From an uncultured Opitutales bacterium (GTDB lineage Bacteria > Verrucomicrobiota > Verrucomicrobiia > Opitutales > Intestinicryptomonadaceae), in contig CAKUIA010000020.1 of NCBI GenBank assembly GCA_934660865.1, forward strand, positions 1 through 32,000: DNA of 32,000 nucleotides, given 5' to 3'. Below the pieces are notes generated by a model, which was given only the letters and a program-made list of their open reading frames with translations, did no database searches and was not told the origin of the DNA. Each line of letters starts with the position of its first letter. Within the stretch, counting starts at the first letter, position 1. Positions 18,350 to 25,918 of this stretch are shown piece by piece. A program made the translations under genes and the position numbers.

Positions 18350-18760
18350 ATTACCCACGCTTTACTTTTAAAAAAAAGCAAAGCGTGCAAAAACAAAGAA
18401 AGCCAACGGCATAACCGCACAAGCCTACCCCACAAAAAACCTTGCCGCCCCAAAAAGGCAAAAAATTAGCCCTCTAAAAAACATACAAGCATGCCAAAGC
18501 CATAGTTAAAATTTTTATCCCCCCAAAAAAACAAAAGAACACACCGCAATTAAAACGGAAAGTAAAACCCGCCGCAAAAAAGCTCGCATTGCCTAAACAC
18601 GAAAATGCGCCCGCCGCACACCCCCTACCCGCCCAAACAAAAGCCCGAATACCCTACCTTAAAATCGCCCCAAAATATGCCGATTTTTGCAAATACTTAG
18701 CATACACACCCACCCTTTTTTGCCCCCAAAACACCCCTTCCCCCAAAAGTCCATCAAAAA
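18350..18760. other. Strongly strand-asymmetric C+A-rich (plus strand) non-coding spacer with five CCCCAAAA motifs
   Basis: Hand counts on five 60-nt lines between 18421 and 18720 give C+A of 63-78% and G of only 8-15%. CCCCAAAA occurs at 18448, 18521, 18668, 18724 and 18741. The only ORFs here translate to low-complexity P/K/A/T strings. Confidence 0.8.
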
Positions 18761-18854
18761 AGGTGGAACTTTCCACAAAAGTCGATGGACTTTTGTAAAA
18801 GTTTCCACTTTTTCCTACCCACTTTTTCAAAAAAGTTTTTTAGGGCGGGTTAGG
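18745..18854. other. Cluster of nested and competing inverted repeats (candidate structured RNA module)
   Basis: An 11-bp perfect inverted repeat AAAAGTCCATC (18745..18755) / GATGGACTTTT (18784..18794) encloses the hairpin GTGGAA (18763..18768) / TTCCAC (18771..18776). A second TTCCAC lies at 18803..18808. The palindromes ACTTTTGTAAAAGT (18789..18802) and ACTTTTTCAAAAAAGT (18821..18836) follow. CCTACCC (18814..18820) pairs with GGGTTAGG (18847..18854). Confidence 0.6.
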
Positions 18855-18857
18855 TAC

Positions 18858-18899
18858 GCAAAAAGGCCGCAGGTAAAACTGCGGCCTTTTGGGGTTTTT
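18858..18899. terminator. Bidirectional rho-independent terminator (ends the 1893-aa gene; also suited to a plus-strand transcript)
   Basis: GGCCGCAG-GTAAAA-CTGCGGCC (8-bp GC-rich stem) is preceded by A5 and followed by TTTTGGGGTTTTT. It lies about 60 nt after the stop at 18955. Confidence 0.7.
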
Positions 18900-18954
18900 A
18901 AGAGTGGTTGTTTTTTGCGCGGTGGTTAGCTTGCGCTATTTTTGCGCGCAAATA

Positions 18955-21900
18955 TTAAATTTCCCTTTCCGACAGCCAGCGGAACGACACCACCTTAAAG
19001 CGCCTGCCCAAGTATTTGTTGGACAAGTTGCCGTCGCTTAGCTCGGTGTATATCGTATCGTAGTCGGTCTTGTTCTGCGTGCCCAATTCCCTGTCGCGGT
19101 TTTCAATGTCGGTGGGGGCGTTTGCAACCGAGTCTACATATTCGGGATAACGCTGAACAACCATTTCGCACCAAGCTTTGCTTTCTATTGTGCCTGTAAT
19201 GGGGTTGCGTATTTCGCCGTAGGCTCTAATCTTAAAGGTGTCGCCCCTTACGGTTATAAACGAGCCAATTTGCTGCAGAATATCGGCCTGGGTAAGATAC
19301 GCCGAAGAACCCGCCAGCGAAGAGCCTAAAACGGCGCGGTAGTTTTCCCACGATTCGCGCGGGTCGCCCATATTAGACCAAATTTGCCCTAACGACGAAG
19401 CCGACGGGAAACTTCCGCAAACGGCAAGCGTCCAGTTGGCGGAGCGGTCGTCGTAGCTGGCTATTTTTGCAAAGCGCGAGTTTAGCGCGCTTTCGCCCAG
19501 CTCTATAAGATATGCCGAATCGAAGAACGCTTCGTTTATTGTAGTCATATCTATTGCCGACTGCAACGCACCCTTTTGCATGTGGTTTTGCATAACGTAG
19601 AACGACTCTTTGTTTTCGTCTTTATTCACGTTAATTTTCGAGGCGTCGGCAAGGGCGTCGCCCGCGTAAAAGTCGTCGTTTAAGTCGTATACGCGCTGTT
19701 GGTGCATTCTCCTTACCTCGGCCGAGCGCATTTCAACCGTGCGGTTTACAAAGTCGGCCAAAGAGTAGAACGGGCCTCGGTCTTTTACGTTTTCTACCAT
19801 CGAAAGCGCAAGCTCTTCAAGCTCTTCGGTGTCCAAAGCCCTGAAGTATGTCATGGCTTCTTCGGCGCTGTTGCTTATGGTAGAGCGGTCGAATTCCATA
19901 CTCTTTGCGGGCAAACCGTTTCTCGGGAAAGGCGCTTTTTTGCCGATTTTCTTCGGCGAAGAGCTCTCCACACTCATAACCGAATCGCCAAAGCTTGTGG
20001 CCAAAACGGCTTTCCATGCGTCTACATCGGTAGAATTTACGTTGAAAGGCCCGTTAATCCACACCCTTGCTGCGTTTGCCTCGAAGTCTAGCTCGAGATT
20101 GCGCGAGTCGGAAACCGTGCTCTTTACATCGCCCCTTAGGTGCGGCACCTGAATGTCGGGGCCAAGAGGGTCTACATACTTCATGCGCGGGTTGCGCGGG
20201 TTCCAATAGTTGCGGTCCAGCCTTGTAGAGCGCTCTTCGGTTCTATAGGGTATGGTAGAGAAGAAGTATTCGTCCCACAAAACGTCGTTTAAGTGCCACG
20301 ACAAGTCGTAGTTAATGCCCAAATATTCCGATTCTATTTGGAAAGTTCCGTTTCGCGTGGGCGAAGCGGTTGTTCCCTGCGCGCCGTCGCACCACCAAAA
20401 GTCGTATGTTCTTTCGGGAGCAATGCGCATATTGGCAAACGAGTTGCCTATTGAATATGTCGGGTACAAAATGTCGCCCGTGGCAACGCCGACACCCCAA
20501 GCCGAAAAGCCGCCTCGGCCGACTTCGGCGCCAAACGACAAGTCTGCCGAAGACAACTGCGCCATATTCGAAACAACTTCGTTTTCCCTTAAAAAGTGCC
20601 TCATGGGCAAGTCGTATGTGCTTGTAGAAGTCGGGTTCGGGCCAACTTGCGCCCTTTCGCCCAAATTTCTCAGCACGTTAATTGTTTTGTATATGTTTTG
20701 GCTGCCTGCATTTGTGCCGTCGCCCGAAAATTCTACCGCGGCATATTGCATATTGTTTAGGCGCCCAAAACGGCCGTGGCCTTCGCCGGTAAATATCTGC
20801 CCCGTACGCGGGCCGTAGCTGCTGTCGCGCAAAGAGCCGCCGCGGGCGTTGGTCGGGTCGCCGTAAAACTTGCCCGTTATGTTTGTGTTTGTTATATACG
20901 GGTATTTTAGCGGATACTGCGTCTGCCAGTCTACGGAGCCGTCGAGCCTTGTAGAAACCGGCCTATATGCGCTTACGCCAACCGACATAACAATGCGGTT
21001 ACCGTTTTGCCCCGTAAAATCTTTAATTGGCAAAGCCGCAGTGCTCGAGGCCGAAACTACAAAGGGAGTAAAGTTTTGGGGTTGGCGGTCGTAGCACTGC
21101 CCACCGCTTTGGTTGTCTTTATCCGTGGTATACGCCGTGCTCCAAAACGATGGGCTTATGCGGCGCGGGTCGGTAAAGAGGAAATTAAAGTCTTCCCAAA
21201 ACCAGTAATTGTCAAATGGAACGTTCGACAACCCTGCTCTCTTTTTAAATTCTTTATAAAATTCATATTCATCAGCAAACGCCTCATTCCAATCGGGAAC
21301 AGCTTCTTTAATCTTGCTCAATAAATATTCGTCGTACGGAGATCTGTTTGTTTTCCCATTGTCAGTCGACTGTAAATAAGGCTGAGAGAAAAAGCCCTTT
21401 AGATAGTTGCTTTCATAGCGTATCCCGGAGTAACCACTGCGTCGAACGTTGTAGCTTAAGCCCGCATGGCCGAACATGGTGTTTGCACCGCCAAGCATAT
21501 TTGCCGCCCCTATGGCACTGCCGCCCGTGCCGCCGTATCTCCACAAGGGGTGCTCGCCCCACGAAACTGTATCTTTTGACCAGTTCATTCTGGGGAAGGG
21601 GAAAGACGTTATGTTGTTGCCGCCCGTAGAATCCCAACAGTTTTGGTTAAGCAAATACCTTTTTAATGTTTGGAATGTTGCCGTGTTATAGGTGGCATTT
21701 GCCGTGCCATTGTCGGCTTCATACAATTTCACCTTGTTGTTGTCGTCGGAATAGTTCCACATCAAAAGGGGCGTTCTTTCTATACCCCAACTCAACGTAT
21801 CGTTAAATGCGCCCAGCTTGCCCTTGTCGGGAATTTCCGTCATCGGGTTGTTGCTGCCAAGCCAATATTTGTCGTATCTATAATAGCCATAGGGCGAAGC

Positions 21901-24636
21901 AAGCACATCTATTCGTTGATTGCCTGAATGAGGCACCATAGCCTCTGCATCGTAGTCTAACCTAATTTGACTAAGACTTACGGTTTCACTTGCAAAGCCG
22001 TCGTTGCTAGTGCCCAAAGCGTCGCTTGTATTGAACAATACGCCGAGGAATTTGTTGTCGGCTCCTTTATAGCCTTTATCGATTTCAAATGGATCCGTTT
22101 TAAAGGCAGGGCCTCTGTTAGTATTTGTCTCTGAACTGTCCCACATAATATTTGCATGCGCCCTTTCGGCGTGTAAAATATCTATGAAGAAACCGCCCAT
22201 TTTGTTGCTGGAAATGCCCTCGGTTAGACACCAATCGTTTGGGTGCGATTTTTGCGCCCTGTAAAAGTTGCCCGCATACCCCGCAGCGTTGTTAAACTTA
22301 AGATTATAGGGCACAGATTCTTTTAAAGAATATATTTTCGCCTGCCCCGGCTGCAACTCGCTAGAGTTTACCAAAAAGCGGAAGTTTACATCGTAGCCGT
22401 TGCCGTTGTCTACAATGGTGGCGTTGTTCACCCTACTTGTACTCATATAGCTCATAGAGCCGCGGCTAGACAAGGCCCTTTGCCCTACCCTTGCAATGGA
22501 GGTTTTTACATCGTTTAAATAGAGCCTTCTAAAATAGAAAGAATCTCTGGTTAATACTTTAAACGATATATTCGCTGTTTTTGTAGTTTTCCCTCCTTCA
22601 GAATTGGGAACTTCATATTCAAATGATAAAGACCTAGGTTCATAGAAACGTATTAGACCGCCATTCGTTGGATCGTTAGGAATATCACTATCGTATTTAA
22701 AGGTATCTTCCCAAGTCCATGGGCCGTAGCCGAAATACGATTTATTCACGGTAGCGTCATTTTCTATCGTGACACCATTAGAAGAAGATCGAGGATTACG
22801 CCCCTCAAGAGCGGGAGGAACATAGCGATAGTGATTTAAAGCCCCACTATCGTATCCAGGCAAGGTCTTGTCGCCGCTGTTTGTAGTACCATTAATTTTT
22901 GAATTTATAATCGGGCGCGTGATTCTTTCGGTTCTGTAATCGCGTATGCACTGGAATACGTTGGTGCCTTTTAGATATCCTATAGCAACCCTTGAAGACG
23001 ACAAAAAGCTTGAGTTTGCCGCACCTATTTGGAAAGCGTAAAAGTTTGCTTCTATCTTTGCGTCGTACGGGTTCCAAAGAACTACAATAGGAATGTAGTA
23101 GATTCTAACACCGTAATCGCCGTCGCTGTAATCCGTCAAAGCGGGAACAACCAACAGCTGGAAGTGCTGAAGCACGGGGCTTAGCCCTGTTGTAGTGTCG
23201 GTCTTTACCTTAACTTTGTTGTCGTACGAAGCGTTTGTACCCGTGCCCGTTTGGTCTACACGGGTGTTGTAGTAGCTGCGCAAAGAATCCCACAAAGGGC
23301 CGCCTGGGTCTTTATGCTGGCGCGCATAGCCGTATGTTTGCGTGTTGCCCGTATTGTAGTTTAGACCTCTGTAGTTAAGGTTAATGTCGTCGGCAGCCTG
23401 CGGGCCGAACATGTGGCCTGCGCCGTTTAGCTTGTTCTTTTGAAACTGGTTATATTCGCCCTGACGGTTGTGGAAATATGCGTCGTAGCCCTCTACACCG
23501 TAAGGACGCTCGAAATAGTTTGGGTTATAGGGGTCGTTATTAATGCGAAGCAGGCCAACGCTAAGGTCTTTTTTAAGGCCGCCTGCCCTTGTGTTTACCA
23601 AAAGCCCCTTTGTGCCGAAAGTTATGCTGTTAAAGAAAATCTTGCCCAAGCCTATGTTCGACGACGATTCGCTTAGCAAATCCAGCTGGGAAAGCTCGCC
23701 AACCTTTTTAAGCAGGTTGCGGTCGTCGCGGTTGTCCATATTAAAATTGAAGGCCTCCATTCTGGAATTCGGAATGGTTAACGCCGCCAAGCCCGAATTG
23801 TAGGGCATTTGCTGAAGCCTTATGCGGTTTTGGCCGCTGCTTGCGTCGGAATATTCGTCGTACGAGGCAACCGCGTCGGCCGAGGCCTTTTGCGATTCGT
23901 CGGAAACCCACCAGGCTATTCTTGTTTCGTAGGGCGAAGCCGTTGTTCTTGCGGGATTTTCGGGTATGGTTACAAGGGGAACTTTTACGCGCATAGTTTG
24001 CGTGTCGAACGAGCCGTTCTCGTCGGTATACGAGTTTTTGCGAACCATGTTTATGTAGTTGTCGGTAAGGTCGTTGGTGGGCAAATGCTTTAGGGTTTCA
24101 GACCTGTCGCGTATTATGTTGTTGCCCGAAACCAAAAAGGTTATGGCCCCGCGCATTACGTCGTCGGAATAGTCTATGCGGCTTTGGTCGGGCCCGCGCC
24201 ACAGTGGGTGCTTGCCCGGGGTGGAATTCCATACGCCAACCCAAAGCGGATTTGCAATGCCGTCTATGCGCTTGGCGCTTTGTCTGGAAAAATTGGGGTT
24301 TGCATTCCACCAATCGTAGTTTTTGTCGCTTTCTAAATCGTCAAAAACCGAGTCTAAACTTTGGTCTAAAATTGCGGCGTTGGCGGTTATTCTTTGGTCG
24401 GGGCCCAAAGTTTTTTGTATTTCGCCCAATGCCTGATAGGCCGCAAAGCGGGCGGCCTGCTTGGCGCGCTGGTCCAGCATGGCCTGCTTGTTTGCCTTAA
24501 GTTCTATCTGTACAATAGCCGAAAGCGTTACCACCAATAAGACGAGAAACGCCATCAACGCAAGCGCAATAATAAGCGCAAAACCCTTCCTGTTTTTTGG
24601 GGAGCGGTGTTTCAATAAAGTAAAGTGTTTTTTCAT
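18955..24636 (-). CDS. Giant (1893 aa) protein with PilX_N/GspK-like minor-pseudopilin N-terminus; function unknown
   Basis: Uninterrupted 5.7-kb ORF. The N-terminus MKKHFTLLKHRSPKNRKGFALIIALALMAFLVLLVVTLSAIVQIE is a basic stretch, then GFALIIAL, then about 22 hydrophobic residues. This is the pattern of PilX_N / T2SS GspK N-termini. The C-terminal end has ITVRGDTFKIRAYGE...AWCEMVVQRYPEYVD. The rest is N/S/T/Y/G/W-rich with no motif I can name. Confidence 0.85.
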   Translation of the reverse strand: MKKHFTLLKHRSPKNRKGFALIIALALMAFLVLLVVTLSAIVQIELKANKQAMLDQRAKQAARFAAYQALGEIQKTLGPDQRITANAAILDQSLDSVFDDLESDKNYDWWNANPNFSRQSAKRIDGIANPLWVGVWNSTPGKHPLWRGPDQSRIDYSDDVMRGAITFLVSGNNIIRDRSETLKHLPTNDLTDNYINMVRKNSYTDENGSFDTQTMRVKVPLVTIPENPARTTASPYETRIAWWVSDESQKASADAVASYDEYSDASSGQNRIRLQQMPYNSGLAALTIPNSRMEAFNFNMDNRDDRNLLKKVGELSQLDLLSESSSNIGLGKIFFNSITFGTKGLLVNTRAGGLKKDLSVGLLRINNDPYNPNYFERPYGVEGYDAYFHNRQGEYNQFQKNKLNGAGHMFGPQAADDINLNYRGLNYNTGNTQTYGYARQHKDPGGPLWDSLRSYYNTRVDQTGTGTNASYDNKVKVKTDTTTGLSPVLQHFQLLVVPALTDYSDGDYGVRIYYIPIVVLWNPYDAKIEANFYAFQIGAANSSFLSSSRVAIGYLKGTNVFQCIRDYRTERITRPIINSKINGTTNSGDKTLPGYDSGALNHYRYVPPALEGRNPRSSSNGVTIENDATVNKSYFGYGPWTWEDTFKYDSDIPNDPTNGGLIRFYEPRSLSFEYEVPNSEGGKTTKTANISFKVLTRDSFYFRRLYLNDVKTSIARVGQRALSSRGSMSYMSTSRVNNATIVDNGNGYDVNFRFLVNSSELQPGQAKIYSLKESVPYNLKFNNAAGYAGNFYRAQKSHPNDWCLTEGISSNKMGGFFIDILHAERAHANIMWDSSETNTNRGPAFKTDPFEIDKGYKGADNKFLGVLFNTSDALGTSNDGFASETVSLSQIRLDYDAEAMVPHSGNQRIDVLASPYGYYRYDKYWLGSNNPMTEIPDKGKLGAFNDTLSWGIERTPLLMWNYSDDNNKVKLYEADNGTANATYNTATFQTLKRYLLNQNCWDSTGGNNITSFPFPRMNWSKDTVSWGEHPLWRYGGTGGSAIGAANMLGGANTMFGHAGLSYNVRRSGYSGIRYESNYLKGFFSQPYLQSTDNGKTNRSPYDEYLLSKIKEAVPDWNEAFADEYEFYKEFKKRAGLSNVPFDNYWFWEDFNFLFTDPRRISPSFWSTAYTTDKDNQSGGQCYDRQPQNFTPFVVSASSTAALPIKDFTGQNGNRIVMSVGVSAYRPVSTRLDGSVDWQTQYPLKYPYITNTNITGKFYGDPTNARGGSLRDSSYGPRTGQIFTGEGHGRFGRLNNMQYAAVEFSGDGTNAGSQNIYKTINVLRNLGERAQVGPNPTSTSTYDLPMRHFLRENEVVSNMAQLSSADLSFGAEVGRGGFSAWGVGVATGDILYPTYSIGNSFANMRIAPERTYDFWWCDGAQGTTASPTRNGTFQIESEYLGINYDLSWHLNDVLWDEYFFSTIPYRTEERSTRLDRNYWNPRNPRMKYVDPLGPDIQVPHLRGDVKSTVSDSRNLELDFEANAARVWINGPFNVNSTDVDAWKAVLATSFGDSVMSVESSSPKKIGKKAPFPRNGLPAKSMEFDRSTISNSAEEAMTYFRALDTEELEELALSMVENVKDRGPFYSLADFVNRTVEMRSAEVRRMHQQRVYDLNDDFYAGDALADASKINVNKDENKESFYVMQNHMQKGALQSAIDMTTINEAFFDSAYLIELGESALNSRFAKIASYDDRSANWTLAVCGSFPSASSLGQIWSNMGDPRESWENYRAVLGSSLAGSSAYLTQADILQQIGSFITVRGDTFKIRAYGEIRNPITGTIESKAWCEMVVQRYPEYVDSVANAPTDIENRDRELGTQNKTDYDTIYTELSDGNLSNKYLGRRFKVVSFRWLSEREI

Positions 24637-24732
24637 TTGCGTTTAGAATAGTGTAAATAGTTGCCGTTTGACAAGCAATTTTTTGCCCGTGTTTGCGTTA
24701 AACGCTTAATATTTTTTAGCCGCTCTTTAACC

Positions 24733-25149
24733 ATGCGCAGCGGCAAAAAGCGAAACGCACCCGACAAGCCGTACAGCCAAAAAAATTGGGAAGTCTGCAC
24801 TTGGCAAAAGCCCGTATATTTGGGCAATGACGGGCGCTTCGGCGTTGTAGGGCGCCCCTGTTGCACGCGCGACGAAGCCTCGATTGCGGCGGTTGAAAGC
24901 GGCGGATTTTTGGCGAACTCGGAAAAACTAAGCCAAACCCGGCCAAGCGGCGAGAAAGGAACCTATGTAAAAGCCAACTGGAACAGAGTGCTGTGCGACA
25001 GTTCCGACCCCGCAACGGTTAAGCTCGACTACATTTTCGTTTCGAAGCCCGTAAAGGTGCTTTCGTGCAGTGTTTTGGCCGACAATCGAAAGGGGCATTA
25101 TCCGTCCGACCACAGGCCGATTATGGCGGTTGTTAAAATCTTAAAATAG
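24733..25149 (+). pseudogene. 5'-truncated remnant of an endonuclease/exonuclease/phosphatase (EEP) family gene
   Basis: The C-terminus KLDYIFVSKPVKVLSCSVLADNRKGHYPSDHRPIMAVVKI matches the conserved EEP C-terminal block (IDYIF.S ... SDH.P). KPVYLGNDGRF sits where the GDFN motif would be, but it is degenerate. The roughly 150 N-terminal catalytic residues are missing. Confidence 0.45.
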
Positions 25150-25206
25150 AATCTAATTGGGCGACTTTTTAGATAAACCCCAAAGAGAGCGGGGGTTCAG
25201 CCAAAA

Positions 25207-25243
25207 GGGGCTTAAAAAACTGTTTGCACTAAGCCCCGTTTTG
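25207..25243 (+). terminator. Possible hairpin terminator after the EEP remnant, or a folA leader structure
   Basis: GGGGCTTA-N15-TAAGCCCC followed by GTTTTG. The loop is long and the U-tail short. It ends 20 nt before the folA ATG. Confidence 0.3.
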
Positions 25244-25262
25244 CGCCATAAAGCGTGCCCAT

Positions 25263-25736
25263 ATGAAATACAAAGCAATAGCGGCCGCCGACGAAAACAT
25301 GCTTATAGGCAACGGACTTGAGATTCCGTGGCACATAGCCGACGACTTTAAGCACTTTAAAAGCACCACAATGGGCGGCGTAATTTTGTTCGGCAAAAAC
25401 ACATGGCTAAGCTTGGGCAAACGCCCGCTAAAAGGCAGGCTAAACGCGGTTTTAAGCCGTTCTTTAACCGAAACGCCCCCCGAAAACGCAATGTATTTTA
25501 AAAGCAAGGCCGATTTCGACAAATATTTTGAAAACGACCCGCGCGATGTGTGGATTTGCGGCGGAGCGAATATTTACAAGCAGTTTTTGCCCGACTGTTC
25601 CGAAATTATTTTAAGCAAAATAAAGGGCAAATTTAATGGCGACACGTTTTTTCCCGATATATCGAAAAGCTTTGCGCAAAGCGAAATTTTGCTGGAACAC
25701 CCGCAGTTTACCGTCGTAAGACTTAAACGCATTTAG
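25263..25736 (+). CDS. folA: Dihydrofolate reductase
   Basis: 157 aa. IAAADENMLIGNGLEIPWHIADDFKHFKSTTMGGVILFGKNTW...LKGRLNAVLSR is a typical DHFR N-terminal half, and GGANIY is present. Confidence 0.9.
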   Translation: MKYKAIAAADENMLIGNGLEIPWHIADDFKHFKSTTMGGVILFGKNTWLSLGKRPLKGRLNAVLSRSLTETPPENAMYFKSKADFDKYFENDPRDVWICGGANIYKQFLPDCSEIILSKIKGKFNGDTFFPDISKSFAQSEILLEHPQFTVVRLKRI

Positions 25737-25748
25737 CGCAAAGCCCTT

Positions 25749-25772
25749 GCGGCGCAAAATGCCGCGCTTTTT
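25749..25772 (+). terminator. Possible weak terminator of folA
   Basis: GCGGC-GCAAAAT-GCCGC then GCTTTTT. The stem is only 5 bp. Confidence 0.35.
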
Positions 25773-25918
25773 GCGGGGTTTTGCCGCAACGGTTAAAAAT
25801 TTATTAAATTTTCAAAATATTTGTAATAAAAAGCTTGCATTTTGCAACTTAGCACAGACAATACACTCTTTTATATAAAACAGGTATACCAAATATACTT
25901 TCATTGAAAGGATAAAAA

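Noticed and set aside
18589-18929. Two plus-strand ORFs (69 and 80 aa) in the CA-rich spacer
   Set aside because: Their translations are P/K/A/T/H low-complexity strings produced by the CA-rich composition. There is no RBS-like sequence, and the second ORF runs through the hairpin cluster and the terminator. The region may be transcribed, but it does not look coding.
24633-24866. 77-aa minus-strand ORF whose stop overlaps the giant gene ATG (ATGA)
   Set aside because: The overlap is tempting as an upstream coupled gene. However, the peptide is R/K/L-rich with no hydrophobic core or motif, and the ORF is antisense to the EEP remnant. It is most likely a chance ORF.
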